The translations under genes and the position numbers were made by a program. 64,000 nucleotides of DNA from an uncultured cyanobacterium (GTDB lineage Bacteria > Cyanobacteriota > Cyanobacteriia > Phormidesmidales > Phormidesmidaceae), in NCBI GenBank assembly GCA_963793265.1, contig CAWBZI010000001.1, positions 544,001 to 608,000 of the forward strand. Direction: 5' to 3'. Positions within the stretch are counted from its first letter, which is position 1; each line of letters opens with the position of its first letter. A model generated the notes under the pieces. The model did not search any database, was not told where the DNA came from, and saw nothing but the letters and a program-made list of their open reading frames with translations. Below, piece after piece: positions 1 through 10,087 of the stretch.

Positions 1-102
1 AATCCTAAAACTGGCGATACGATGGTGATTCCGGCTACCACGGTGCCTGCTTTCTCTGCGGGTAAACAGTTCAAGGAAATGGTGGCTGGTAAAAAGAAGT
101 AA
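1..102 (+). CDS. hup: HU family DNA-binding protein, C-terminal part (gene starts before the window)
   Basis: Frame 1 reads NPKTGDTMVIPATTVPAFSAGKQFKEMVAGKKK*, the HU/IHF arm motif NPxTG...IPA..VP.F..GK. Confidence 0.9.
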   Translation, partial: NPKTGDTMVIPATTVPAFSAGKQFKEMVAGKKK

Positions 103-126
103 GTCTTTTTATCTCAGGCGCATTTT

Positions 127-1248
127 ATGTACAGACCCGTTCATGGTGGCAATTTAGCCTGGGCTGCTAGGCTCGCTAACTGTGCCCCTCATGAGCTTCT
201 CGATTTTTCAGCTAGCATCAGTCCGCTTGGGCCGCCTCACTCTGTACTTGAGGCGATCCGAGCGGCTTTTTCGTTGTTGCCTGCTTACCCTGATACGGAG
301 TATGGCGAGCTGAAAGCAGCGATCGCACACCATCACAACGTCCCCATCAATTATGTCACGCCCGGCAATGGCGCTGCCGAGCTGATTACCTGGGCCGCCC
401 GCGATTTGGCTGAAATAGACGGCGCTTGTTTTCGGCTAGCACCTGCATTTAGTGACTACGATCGGGCTCTGAGTGCTTTTGGTTGCAATAGTCCTACCGA
501 TATTGCTCTGGTTGATTCAAAAGGGTGGAATCTGGAAACTTGGGACGCTAAATTTTTAAGGGACGCGCCCAGTGAGGTGAAGCTTGAGCGTCGAGGATTT
601 TTACTAAATAATCCTCACAATCCTACAGGCGCTATCTTTTCAAGGGAGCGGTTGCGCCTTCTGCTATCGCAATTTGGGCGGGTAGTAGTAGATGAGGCGT
701 TTATGGATTTTGTGCTGCCGGAGCGATCGCAAAGTGTAATCGACTGGGTGCATGAGTTTCCTAATCTGGTAGTGCTGCGATCGCTCACGAAGTTTTACAG
801 TATGCCAGGGCTACGATTAGGCTATGCGATCGCGCAACCCAAAACCCTCCAGCGCTGGCAGCAGTGGCGCGACCCGTGGTCAGTAAACGTGCTCGCCGCA
901 GCCGCAGGGGTGGCCGCCCTGCAAGATACTGACTTTCAACGGCAAACGTGGGACTGGCTCGCTGGGGCTAACCCGCAGCTTTTTACTGGACTCTCGGCAT
1001 TATCGGGCCTAGAGCCATTGCCGAGCTGTGCCAACTTTTTACTGGTGGCCTGTGACGTTTCAGCGACGGCTTTGCAAGCTGAATTGCTTAAGCGGCATCG
1101 GATCTATATTCGCGACTGTATGAGCTTTGAGGTGTTGGGCGATCGCTACTTCCGCGTAGCTATCAAAACCACCCAAGATAACCAGCGCTTACTCTCGGCT
1201 CTAGCTAACGTGCTGCCAGATTTGCCCAAGGTTAGCCATGTCAGTTGA
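127..1248 (+). CDS. cobD: Threonine-phosphate decarboxylase (cobalamin biosynthesis, PLP class I/II aminotransferase fold)
   Basis: HGGN, DFSASISPLG, NNPHNPTG, VDEAFMDF, SLTKFYSMPGLRLGY motifs. Confidence 0.88.
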   Translation: MYRPVHGGNLAWAARLANCAPHELLDFSASISPLGPPHSVLEAIRAAFSLLPAYPDTEYGELKAAIAHHHNVPINYVTPGNGAAELITWAARDLAEIDGACFRLAPAFSDYDRALSAFGCNSPTDIALVDSKGWNLETWDAKFLRDAPSEVKLERRGFLLNNPHNPTGAIFSRERLRLLLSQFGRVVVDEAFMDFVLPERSQSVIDWVHEFPNLVVLRSLTKFYSMPGLRLGYAIAQPKTLQRWQQWRDPWSVNVLAAAAGVAALQDTDFQRQTWDWLAGANPQLFTGLSALSGLEPLPSCANFLLVACDVSATALQAELLKRHRIYIRDCMSFEVLGDRYFRVAIKTTQDNQRLLSALANVLPDLPKVSHVS

Positions 1249-2674
1249 TTACGATGTGGTTGTTTTAGGGGGCAGTATTGAAGGGCGAATCGCTGCGACC
1301 TCTGCGGTTAGATATGGCGCGCGGGTGGCGCTTGTAGAACCGCCCGGCCTGTTTGAGCAGCGGCAGCAAAAGCGATATTTGCTCAGGGCCTTACAGCAAT
1401 TGAGCCGCATCAAACAAGGGCAGCAGGTGGCTCAGTGGTTTGCCCAAAATGCGAGTCCTGAGTCTGAGTGGGACTGGCCGAGTGTTTTGCAGTGGAGTGC
1501 AGTTGCAGCAAAAACTCAAGACCCAGAGCTTTCGCTCGCTGTGATGAACGCGAGCGGTGTAGATGTGGTGTCAGAGATGCCTGAGCGGCTATCTCACAAG
1601 CTCGTAGTAACAACAGCTACCAGGCGGCTGACGGCTCGGGGCATCGTCGCAGCATTTGGGACTGTATCGTCGCCCATATTTTCAGAAGCGAACCCTCAGA
1701 CGCCTTTCGTAACAGGAATAGACCCACTGCTGAATGCGAAAAGCCTACCTGAATCACTCGCGATTTGGGGTCATTCTCCTGAAGCCGTGATGTGGGCTCA
1801 ACTGCTGAGTTTGGCAGGGGTGAAAGTGCAGCTGATCGGTGAGGCTTTTTTACCCTACGAAGATTGGGATATGAGTCGGTTGTTGCGATCACAGCTCATC
1901 GCAATGGGCATCAACATTCTTACCCCTGCTGATATCCCGCCGGGATCAATAGACAGACTACTAAACAGCTCACTGCATTTTGGCCCCGGTCAACCAGCGC
2001 TAACTTTACCCGACTTTATCTATCGCAGCCGCGACGCAGCTACCGACTATCAACAGCGCACTGAAGCAGCCTACCTCTATTCAAACAAGCGAGTGCAAAC
2101 GCAGCATCCTCGGATCTTTGTTTGCGGCTCCTTAACAGATGGCTTTCCAATGCACGAGGCAATGGCGGTGGCTCAAGCCCGGCTGGCGATTCAAAACGCG
2201 CTATTTTTACCCACAGCAAGAAGGCGGCATACGATAGTTTCTGAAGACTACGATCGGTTTGGCCGAGTAGGGCAAGCGCCAAAATTCGCGATAGAAGGTC
2301 GCGCGCCTAGAGGGGATGAACGCTTTCACTTTGGCAGTGCTAACGACTGGCAGGTGTGGACGGCGAGTAGCTCCAACAGCGCTAGCTTGAGCCAGGTTAG
2401 TCCGGGGCCTCTATACTGCAAACTCATTTGCTATGAAAAGCGGTTGCAGAGTATTCATCTGGTCGGTGAGGGGGCAGGTGAGCTGTTGGCAGGGCCGATG
2501 GCAGGAATGATTGGGCGGCCTATCAAGTTTGTGCAGAGTCAACTGCCTGGGACGGGGGGGCTGGTTGATGTGGTGGGAGAGGCGGTGAGGCGATCGCAAC
2601 ATTCAAAATGGCAACCGGGCCAATGGCGACGAGACTGGGCCGAAAATTGGTTCAACTGGCGGCGTAGCCGATAG
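1238..2674 (+). CDS. Pyridine nucleotide-disulfide oxidoreductase-like protein (MerA/LpdA fold, degenerate active site)
   Basis: N-terminal DYDVVVLGG...GARVALVE FAD-binding strand, QTQHPRIFVCG, C-terminal WAENWFNWRR; start overlaps the cobD stop; no CxxxxC. Confidence 0.7.
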   Translation: MSVDYDVVVLGGSIEGRIAATSAVRYGARVALVEPPGLFEQRQQKRYLLRALQQLSRIKQGQQVAQWFAQNASPESEWDWPSVLQWSAVAAKTQDPELSLAVMNASGVDVVSEMPERLSHKLVVTTATRRLTARGIVAAFGTVSSPIFSEANPQTPFVTGIDPLLNAKSLPESLAIWGHSPEAVMWAQLLSLAGVKVQLIGEAFLPYEDWDMSRLLRSQLIAMGINILTPADIPPGSIDRLLNSSLHFGPGQPALTLPDFIYRSRDAATDYQQRTEAAYLYSNKRVQTQHPRIFVCGSLTDGFPMHEAMAVAQARLAIQNALFLPTARRRHTIVSEDYDRFGRVGQAPKFAIEGRAPRGDERFHFGSANDWQVWTASSSNSASLSQVSPGPLYCKLICYEKRLQSIHLVGEGAGELLAGPMAGMIGRPIKFVQSQLPGTGGLVDVVGEAVRRSQHSKWQPGQWRRDWAENWFNWRRSR

Positions 2675-2689
2675 GTCTTGAATGCACCA

Positions 2690-3292
2690 TTAAGCTCTGC
2701 CATCAAGAACCTGAGCGACTGATAGATTCAGGGAGGGAAAGACAACCGATTGAATCGTCTGCGGTCTTCGATAGATTTTTCCTTGATAGGCACCCTCTTC
2801 TAAGATCAGTGCGGTTATCTGCTGTTGATGACAATCAATAATCCAATATTCAGGAATTTGCCACCATCCGTACTGCTGTCGTTTCCATTCGTAATCGCGG
2901 CGGTAGTTATCGCTGCGTTCATTGCCAGGGCTAACCATCTCAGCGACAAAAGCAGGCGGAGGCATCCCAAAAAGAATGGCGCTCTTTTTGAGGTTTGCCA
3001 TCAGCTCGATATGTTCTGGCCGAAGCACAATGACATCAGGCTCACGATTTACCCTGCGATCGCCAACCGGATGAACCTGTATTTCTGTAGACGAGTCTCT
3101 GACCAGTTCTCTCGGCGTAACCACCTGCTTGAGCAAATATTCCAGCTCGCCTGCTGCTCGAACGTTATTCTCATCCTCTGGCGGCAATGCAATAACCTCT
3201 CCACTATTAAGCAATCGAAACTTCCCGTCTGACCCGAAGTCAGCGGCTAAATACTCTTGATAGCTTTTGTAGCGTACAGGTGTGTAGGTCAT
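2690..3292 (-). CDS. Uma2 family (PD-(D/E)XK-like) endonuclease
   Basis: REPDVIV, FVAEMVSPG, RDYEWKRQQY, IPEYWIID motifs; probable start MTYTPV at 3292. Confidence 0.88.
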   Translation of the reverse strand: MTYTPVRYKSYQEYLAADFGSDGKFRLLNSGEVIALPPEDENNVRAAGELEYLLKQVVTPRELVRDSSTEIQVHPVGDRRVNREPDVIVLRPEHIELMANLKKSAILFGMPPPAFVAEMVSPGNERSDNYRRDYEWKRQQYGWWQIPEYWIIDCHQQQITALILEEGAYQGKIYRRPQTIQSVVFPSLNLSVAQVLDGRA

Positions 3293-3353
3293 TGAATACT
3301 GAGCTTGGATACAGCTTAGCGTCAGCCCCGATTGTATCAAGATAAAAGCTACA

Positions 3354-4025
3354 TTACACGCGGGCGATTGTAACGGCTTCAGGCTGATCTTGATACTTAC
3401 CACGTCTAGTCTCGTAGCTCACTTCGCAAGGCTCACCTTCTAAAAACAGCAGTTGCACAACGCCTTCGTTAGCGTAAATGCGGCAGTCGGCGCTAGAGGA
3501 GTTAGAAAATTCTAGGGTGAGGTAGCCGCGCCATCCGGCTTCGGCGGGGGTGAGGTTGGCGATGATGCCGCAGCGGGCGTAGGTGCTTTTGCCAATGCAG
3601 ATGGTGGTGATATTGTTCGGCATTTGCAGGCGCTCTAAGGCAACGCCAAGGCCGTAGGAATGGGCTGGCAAAATGAAGTAGCTGCCGTTATCACCGTGCT
3701 TTAGCTTAGCGGGCTCTAAGTTTTCGGGGTTGAAGTTTTTGGGATCAATGACGGTGCCGGGCACATGGCGAAAGATGCGGAACTCATTGGGTGATAGGCG
3801 GATGTCATAGCCGTAAGAGGACAGGCCGTAGCTGATGACCGGGGTTTGGTGGCCTAATTGAGCGCCAGATTCTCGAGTACCAGATCCTTGAGCAACAGTT
3901 ACTCGCTCGCCGGGCCTTTGAATAATCGGCGTAGACAGCTCTGCTTTGCGAATAAGTGACGGTTCAAAAGGCGCAATCAGTCCCTCTCTAGCGGCTGCTT
4001 TGATCCACGCATCATTTTTGATCAT
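3354..4025 (-). CDS. dcd: dCTP deaminase
   Basis: ISYGLSSYGYDIRL, GKSTYARCG, TPAEAGWRGYLTLEFSN, GKYQDQ. Confidence 0.95.
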   Translation of the reverse strand: MIKNDAWIKAAAREGLIAPFEPSLIRKAELSTPIIQRPGERVTVAQGSGTRESGAQLGHQTPVISYGLSSYGYDIRLSPNEFRIFRHVPGTVIDPKNFNPENLEPAKLKHGDNGSYFILPAHSYGLGVALERLQMPNNITTICIGKSTYARCGIIANLTPAEAGWRGYLTLEFSNSSSADCRIYANEGVVQLLFLEGEPCEVSYETRRGKYQDQPEAVTIARV

Positions 4026-4043
4026 TTTCCTGCACTCGTTTTT

Positions 4044-4613
4044 TTAAACGACGTAATTACGACGAAACTCTGTAACCTGATCGGCAACGGCCAATAGCGA
4101 TTCGGGCATTTGTGGCCCGGTCAAAATGACTTCTACGTGGGAAGGTCGCGTTTTTAGCAGGTTCAAAAGCTCGTTTTCTTTAATTAGACCAAAGTCGATC
4201 GCCAAACTCAGCTCGTCAAGCACAACTAAGCCGTATTTACCTTCGTTAACAGCGGCCTGTGTGTACTGCCACAGAGCAAGTAGGGCGGCTTGCGTGGCGG
4301 GAGAAATATTTGGGCCGTTGATGCACTCTAAGCAGTCGCAGCGAATCCAGGAAAGATTCTGGCCCATTTGAGTTGGATAATCGGGGCCTTGATTGATGCC
4401 GCCTTTTAAAAACTGGACGACTAAAACAGGTAGGCCCTGCTCAGCTACGCGCGTAGCTTGAACCATCACGTTAGTGAAGAAAGTGCGGTGCTGCGAGGTG
4501 AATACTTGAACGGTGCCTTCGATGGCGCGAAGCATAGGGTGGCGGTGAGCCGAGCACAAGGGGCCATCGGGAATTGCTCTAAGCTGTGAAACTATGGGGC
4601 GCTGTGAAACCAT
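4044..4613 (-). CDS. CobO/BtuR-like corrinoid adenosyltransferase family protein (degenerate P-loop)
   Basis: VLVVQFLKGG, LVVLDEL, VILTG, ADQVTE motifs; canonical GKGKT absent. Confidence 0.78.
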   Translation of the reverse strand: MVSQRPIVSQLRAIPDGPLCSAHRHPMLRAIEGTVQVFTSQHRTFFTNVMVQATRVAEQGLPVLVVQFLKGGINQGPDYPTQMGQNLSWIRCDCLECINGPNISPATQAALLALWQYTQAAVNEGKYGLVVLDELSLAIDFGLIKENELLNLLKTRPSHVEVILTGPQMPESLLAVADQVTEFRRNYVV

Positions 4614-4827
4614 AAAGCCAGAACTGTAGAGCGAAGGAAGGAATGGAAAAGCTGTAAAACTTAATCGGCCAGCTTTCGTTGTAGCTAAATATAGCGTAGT
4701 TAGTGCGTTTGACTATAAATAATACGCTACATGTCGCAGGTGATCGCCCAAACCTTTCAGGAATTCTACCAACCCTGTGCGGTACGCTAATGCTGATTGA
4801 TATTAAGCATTCTCCCTCAAGGCCCCT

Positions 4828-5538
4828 ATGGTTTGGCAACGCCCTGATAGCCGACAGCCCGATGAGCTACGACCTATTAAGTTTGAACGACAATTCACGC
4901 GATATGCCGCTGGTTCTGTGCTAGCTCACTGCGGCAATACGCAGGTGATCTGTACGGCTTCGGTGAGTGAGGGGGTGCCTCGGTTCTTAAAGGGGTCGGG
5001 GCAGGGCTGGCTGACGGCAGAGTATCGAATGCTGCCGGGGGCGACGCATACGCGCAAGTCGCGTGAGTTTATGAAGCTGTCGGGGCGTACGCAGGAGATT
5101 CAACGGCTGATTGGGCGAAGCCTGCGAGCGGCAATAGATATGGATGCTTTGGGTGAGCAGACAATTACGATTGATGCCGATGTGATTCAGGCGGATGGGG
5201 GGACAAGGACGACAGCGATTACGGGGGCCTATGTGGCGCTTGAGGATGCGATCGCTCACCTGATCAAAGCAGGCACACTTTCTACCTCACCCCTACGCCA
5301 CCAAATCGCCGCGATCTCCGTGGGCCTACTCGAAGGCGATCCCTTTTTAGATCTCAACTATCCCGAAGACTTCGCTGCCGACATTGACTTCAACGTGGTG
5401 ATGAACGAAAAGCTTGAATTTATTGAAGTGCAGGGCACAGCGGAGGCCGGTAGCTTTACCCGCAAACAGCTTGACGCCATGCTCGACTACGCCGAGAAGG
5501 GGATCGGTGAGGTGATGCAGTTGCAAAAACGGTCTTAG
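4828..5538 (+). CDS. rph: Ribonuclease PH
   Basis: [45 protein letters not shown]. Confidence 0.97.
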   Translation: MVWQRPDSRQPDELRPIKFERQFTRYAAGSVLAHCGNTQVICTASVSEGVPRFLKGSGQGWLTAEYRMLPGATHTRKSREFMKLSGRTQEIQRLIGRSLRAAIDMDALGEQTITIDADVIQADGGTRTTAITGAYVALEDAIAHLIKAGTLSTSPLRHQIAAISVGLLEGDPFLDLNYPEDFAADIDFNVVMNEKLEFIEVQGTAEAGSFTRKQLDAMLDYAEKGIGEVMQLQKRS

Positions 5539-5544
5539 CAGAGA

Positions 5545-5573
5545 GTTAGATGGGGGTTAGATGGGGGTTAAAT
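5545..5573. repeat. 11-bp tandem repeat GTTAGATGGGG x2 plus a partial third copy
   Basis: Copies at 5545-5555 and 5556-5566, then GTTAAAT; in the rph-ubiD intergenic region. Confidence 0.8.
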
Positions 5574-5675
5574 TCCCCTAGCCCTTGCAATCTATCGGTC
5601 GTCAAGGTTGGTATAACTCGCTAGAAGTGCTACATTCCCACCATCACCAATGCGGCATTTTTTACCGTTTTCCAT

Positions 5676-7187
5676 ATGGCCAAGGATCTGCGAGATTTTC
5701 TAAAAAAAGTTAAAGCACGGGGGCAGTTGCGAAACGTCAGCGCGCTTGTAGATCCGAACCTGGAGATTGCCGAGATTTCTAATCGGCTGCTGCAAGCGGG
5801 TGGCCCGGCGGTGCTGTTTGAGAATGTGAAGGGATCGCCCTATCCGGTGGTGGTGAACCTGCTCGGGACGGTAGAGCGGGTGTGCTGGTCGATGGGGATG
5901 GAGCGCCCCGAAGAGTTGGAAGTACTGGGCAAAAAGCTCGGGATGTTACAGCAGCCAAAGCCGCCTAAAAAGTTTTCGCAGGCGATTGACTTAGGCAAGG
6001 TGCTCTTTGATGTAGTGAAAGCTAAGCCCTCGCGAGACTGGCTACCGGCCTGTCAGCAGGTTGTGCAGCTCGATGAGCAGGTGGATCTCACTAAAATTCC
6101 GATGATTCGGCCCTATCCCAAAGACGGCGGCAAGGTAGTGACACTGGGGCTGGTGATTACGAAGGACTGCGAGACGGGTGTGCCGAATGTAGGCGTATAT
6201 CGCTTGCAGCTTCAGGGTCGGAACACAATGACGGTGCAGTGGCTTTCAGTGCGGGGCGGGGCGAGGCACCTGCGGAAGGCGGCTGAGCGCGGGAAGAATT
6301 TGGAGATTGCGATCGCGATCGGCGTAGATCCTCTCATCATTCTCGCCGCAGCCACGCCGATCCCTGTAGACCTTTCAGAATGGCTATTTGCAGGACTCTA
6401 TGCGGGCAAGGGCGTCTCACTTGCCAAGTGCAAAACCGTGGATCTGGAAGTGCCTTCAATGTCGGAGTTTGTGCTAGAAGGCACGATTACGCCGGGTGAA
6501 ACGGCAGTCGATGGCCCATTTGGCGATCATATGGGCTACTACGGTGGCATTAACGACGCTGCCCCGCTCATTCGCTTTCACTGTATGACGCACCGCAAGT
6601 CTCCGGTGTATCTCACAACCTTTAGCGGCAGGCCGCCTAAAGAAGAAGCAATGATGGCGATCGCACTCAACCGCATCTACACGCCCATCCTGCGTCAGCA
6701 GGTCACCGAAATTGTAGACTTCTTCCTCCCGATGGAAGCGCTCAGCTACAAAGCCGCCATTATCTCTATTGACAAATCCTATCCGGGCCAAGCCCGCCGT
6801 GCCGCCATGGCCTTTTGGACGGCGCTGCCACAGTTCACCTACACCAAGTTCGTAATCGTCGTCGATAAAGACATCAACATTCGCGATCCGCGTCAGGTGG
6901 TATGGGCCGTCACCTCCAAAGTTGATCCCATTCGCGACGTATTTATCCTGCCAGATAGTCCATTCGACTCGCTGGACTTTGCCAATGAGCGCTTGGGCTT
7001 AGGGAGCCGTATGGGCATAGACGCAACGACCAAAGTGCCGCCCGAAACCGAGCATGAATGGGGCGAACAGCTAGAGTCCGATCCGAACATGGCAGAGCTA
7101 GTAAGCCGCCGCTGGCGAGAATATGGCCTAGACGATATTAGGCTCAACGAGGCTAATGCCAACGTGTTTGGCTACGACATCCGTTAG
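5676..7187 (+). CDS. ubiD: UbiD family (prFMN-dependent) decarboxylase, probably the 4-hydroxy-3-solanesylbenzoate decarboxylase of plastoquinone synthesis
   Basis: NVGVYRLQ, DGPFGDHMGYY, GRPPKEE, KFVIVVD, GIDATTK. Confidence 0.92.
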   Translation: MAKDLRDFLKKVKARGQLRNVSALVDPNLEIAEISNRLLQAGGPAVLFENVKGSPYPVVVNLLGTVERVCWSMGMERPEELEVLGKKLGMLQQPKPPKKFSQAIDLGKVLFDVVKAKPSRDWLPACQQVVQLDEQVDLTKIPMIRPYPKDGGKVVTLGLVITKDCETGVPNVGVYRLQLQGRNTMTVQWLSVRGGARHLRKAAERGKNLEIAIAIGVDPLIILAAATPIPVDLSEWLFAGLYAGKGVSLAKCKTVDLEVPSMSEFVLEGTITPGETAVDGPFGDHMGYYGGINDAAPLIRFHCMTHRKSPVYLTTFSGRPPKEEAMMAIALNRIYTPILRQQVTEIVDFFLPMEALSYKAAIISIDKSYPGQARRAAMAFWTALPQFTYTKFVIVVDKDINIRDPRQVVWAVTSKVDPIRDVFILPDSPFDSLDFANERLGLGSRMGIDATTKVPPETEHEWGEQLESDPNMAELVSRRWREYGLDDIRLNEANANVFGYDIR

Positions 7188-7334
7188 CCGTTCGTGAGAT
7201 TAACCATTCCTGAATCTGTTCTTCAAGGCATATGACAGATAGCCAAGAGCGCGACAATACTTAAGCTGTATAAGATGGGCTGATTCTATGCACTGGCCCA
7301 TTTTTTGCTATTTGCTTATTCGGCGCTGGTGCCC

Positions 7335-8624
7335 ATGGAACCCAAGATAATTTTGTATGTCGTTTTTGGTTTGGCGCTGCTGGGGTTTACCTGGCTGCCC
7401 AGTATCAAAGGCGCTAAGTTCATCAATGTGCCGCTGCTGTATTCTTTGCTCGCAGTCTTCTTATTTAGCCAAATTTCGGACTTGCCGCTGCTTGATCCGA
7501 TTAATAACAAAACGCATACCGTCGTCACCGAGTATGTCACTGAGCTGATTGTGATTCTCTCTTTAGCGGGCGCTGGGCTGGCTATTGACCGACGCTTTCG
7601 CCTGCGTACCTGGCAATCTACGCTCAGGCTGCTGTGCATATCAATGCCTATTTGCATTTTTGCAGCGGCTTTTTTAGGCCATCAAATATTTGGATTGCCC
7701 TTAGCAGACGCGGTTTTGTTAGGCGCTTGCCTTGCCCCGACCGATCCGGTAATGGCTCATAGCGTACAGGTTGGCCCACCTAACAAAGGCGGCGAAGATC
7801 CGGTGCGCTTTAGCCTGACCACTGAGGCTGGTTTGAACGATGGTTTGGCCTTCCCGTTTGTTTACCTGGCAATTCGGCTAGCAGAGCATAACGGTACTTT
7901 TGGCAGCTGGTTGGTGGGCTGGACGGCCTACGACTTCATTTTTCGAGTGGTCATGGGTACCGCCGTTGGCATTGGGATCGGCTGGCTGCTGGCCCATTAT
8001 GCGCTTCGGGTTTCGGATGAGACAGTGCGCGAGCAAACCCGCGAAGGGCTATTTGTGGTGTCGGCTATCTTTTTGGCATACGGGATTGGGGAGGCGCTGC
8101 ACGGCTATGGATTTTTGGCGGTGTTTGCGGCGGCGGCTTCTAGTCGGCAAAATATTGATAAGCACAATGACTACTACGCCAAGCCCTATCAGTTTGCAAC
8201 GCAGTTAGAGCGGATTTTTTCAGGGCTGCTACTGATTGCATTAGGTGGCTTTGTCGCCAGCGTAGATATGGGCATGTTGAACTGGCGAAACTTCTTGTTT
8301 GCGGCACTCTTTATGCTGTTAGTTAGACCTATCTCAGGACTGCTCGCACTGATTGGCATGAGGTTTTCCTGGCTGGAAAGAAACTCAATTTCCTTTTTAG
8401 GCATTCGAGGCTTTGGCTCTTTTTACTATCTGGCCTACGCGCAAAACCACGCTACGTTTGAGAACATGACGCTGCTGTGGAGTATTACGACGCTGACGGT
8501 GCTGATATCGCTGTTGCTTCATGGCAACACGGCAACGCTGGCAATGAACTGGATAGATGAACAGCAACGAGCTGATCGTAAGAGCCGGAGCAAGCAAAGG
8601 CGTAAAGGGCTTGCCTCGAAGTGA
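7335..8624 (+). CDS. CPA1 (NhaP-like) cation:proton antiporter
   Basis: About 12 hydrophobic segments; LAPTDPV, EAGLNDG, GIRG.GS.YY motifs; the stop codon lies inside the IS right end. Confidence 0.88.
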   Translation: MEPKIILYVVFGLALLGFTWLPSIKGAKFINVPLLYSLLAVFLFSQISDLPLLDPINNKTHTVVTEYVTELIVILSLAGAGLAIDRRFRLRTWQSTLRLLCISMPICIFAAAFLGHQIFGLPLADAVLLGACLAPTDPVMAHSVQVGPPNKGGEDPVRFSLTTEAGLNDGLAFPFVYLAIRLAEHNGTFGSWLVGWTAYDFIFRVVMGTAVGIGIGWLLAHYALRVSDETVREQTREGLFVVSAIFLAYGIGEALHGYGFLAVFAAAASSRQNIDKHNDYYAKPYQFATQLERIFSGLLLIALGGFVASVDMGMLNWRNFLFAALFMLLVRPISGLLALIGMRFSWLERNSISFLGIRGFGSFYYLAYAQNHATFENMTLLWSITTLTVLISLLLHGNTATLAMNWIDEQQRADRKSRSKQRRKGLASK

Positions 8625-8800
8625 AGTCTCCCACCGCTGAAAGCGGGGGCTTCTTAAGACTTAGCGCTTAACTGGGTGTTCGTCTTAAGATTTCCTGGTT
8701 ATTCGTTGTTGCCAACGGTTGCACCACTTACCTAGCGTTGATAAGACGCCCCAGCAGATCGATTGCTCAGGCAGTTTCCATTATCCCGATATTCCACGGG
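8601..8800 (-). ncRNA. Putative TnpB omega (reRNA) scaffold plus guide derived from flanking DNA
   Basis: Structured tract from the tnpB 3' end to the right end (CTTAAGAC...GTCTTAAG stem, terminal hairpin, TCAC); predicted guide TTCGAGGCAAGCCCTTTACG (rc of 8601-8620); 5' boundary uncertain. Confidence 0.65.
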
Positions 8801-10087
8801 CTATTTTCGTATCTAGCGACGCCACGGTTACGCAAAACTTGAGAGCTAGCCACGTCTCTAGGCTTTACCGAATGGCAACTAGGGCAGTTGTGAACGCGAT
8901 CTTTCAGTTCCTTGCGAACCGTTGCGCCACAGTCGGGGCATTCCTGCGATGAACCGCGATGATCCACCGTATCAAAGAAAACGCCACGCTTGAAAGCGAC
9001 TTGCTTTGTAATGTCTCGCAACTGTCCTAATCCTACGTCTAGCGTGTGTTTGCCAAGGAAACCTTTAGCCATTATACGAAAGTCGATATCCTCAAAAAAG
9101 AGACTATCTGCACCATCACAGAGGAGATGAGCTAGCTTAAAGTGCCAGTCGCGGCGTTGGTTTGCGATATGACTATGCTGCCTCGCTGCTTTTAAACGCG
9201 CTTTTTCGTAGTTTCTAGACCCCTTTGTTTTACGCGCTAGTCTGCGTTGTAGCAATTTAAGCTTACTTTCCGACTGCTTGAAAAACTTAGCGGAACTGAC
9301 TTGAAGACCGTCTGATGTGGCGATTATATAGTCCAATCCGAGATCCACGCCTACGGGATGACCGTGAGGCGATATATCAGGAACAGACACCTCACATTTG
9401 ATGCAGATATTGACATACCACTGATCAGCTTTCTTCACGACGCGACAGTTCGCAATATTAAACCCCTCTGGAATAGGCCGATGCAGGTTTATCGCCACTA
9501 ACCCTAACTTAGGTAGTTTCAATGTTCCGTTATCGCTATCTAAAGGGTTTGTTTTGAACTGTGGAAACAACGTCGATCTAAACTGACCAAACTTTTTGAA
9601 CCGTGGGAATCCAAAGCCTCTGTCACGCATAAAGTCAAAACTACGATGCAGGCGTTTGATAGCTTGCTGCAAGTTTTGAGCGGGAACCGTCTTAAGGTTT
9701 GGAATCGTCTTTTTAGCCTTCGCTAGATTGTTGAGTTGATTAACTTCAGACGGGTAAGGCGTGTTAGCTGGCAGGATATAACAACGATCCAAAACGCAAG
9801 CACTTACCGAACACTTGCGACTGTTGTAGAAGTCTTTGATTTCAGCCAGTGCATAGTTATATACGCGCCGTGAAGTCTCGAACCAATCGTTAAGAGTCGT
9901 CTGTTGATCGATATCTGGATATATGCGGTATTGGTAGTTAAATATCAGCATAGGCTAAGTGTATCAACGTTCTACCGCAAATGTAAGTTCTAGTAGAATT
10001 CAGTTTTTGTAAAGTGACGTATAGTTGAGGGGAAGTGTGATTCACCACAGCGCTAAAAGCGCGAGGCCTTTCACCGATTCCCCTCAA
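8621..10087 (-). mobile_element. IS200/IS605-family (IS1341-like, tnpB-only) insertion sequence
   Basis: Minus-strand right end GAAG-CCCCCGCTTTCAGCGGTGGG-AGACT-TCAC ends at 8621; left-end hairpin AAAG-GCCTCGCGCTTTTAGCGCTGTGGT sits inside an outer stem TTGAGGGGAA/TTCCCCTCAA (10025-10087); no tnpA; left boundary approximate. Confidence 0.8.
8767..9951 (-). CDS. tnpB: RNA-guided endonuclease TnpB
   Basis: N-terminal YQYRIYP, GFPRFKK, RuvC-I GVDLGL, RuvC-II FFEDID, zinc finger CPDC/CPSC, RuvC-III RDVAS. Confidence 0.95.
   Translation of the reverse strand: MLIFNYQYRIYPDIDQQTTLNDWFETSRRVYNYALAEIKDFYNSRKCSVSACVLDRCYILPANTPYPSEVNQLNNLAKAKKTIPNLKTVPAQNLQQAIKRLHRSFDFMRDRGFGFPRFKKFGQFRSTLFPQFKTNPLDSDNGTLKLPKLGLVAINLHRPIPEGFNIANCRVVKKADQWYVNICIKCEVSVPDISPHGHPVGVDLGLDYIIATSDGLQVSSAKFFKQSESKLKLLQRRLARKTKGSRNYEKARLKAARQHSHIANQRRDWHFKLAHLLCDGADSLFFEDIDFRIMAKGFLGKHTLDVGLGQLRDITKQVAFKRGVFFDTVDHRGSSQECPDCGATVRKELKDRVHNCPSCHSVKPRDVASSQVLRNRGVARYENSPWNIGIMETA

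Noticed and set aside
8767..9951. TnpB as a nuclease-dead TldR-type regulator or a Cas12 effector
   Set aside because: All three RuvC acidic residues are present, IS ends flank the gene, and there is no CRISPR array
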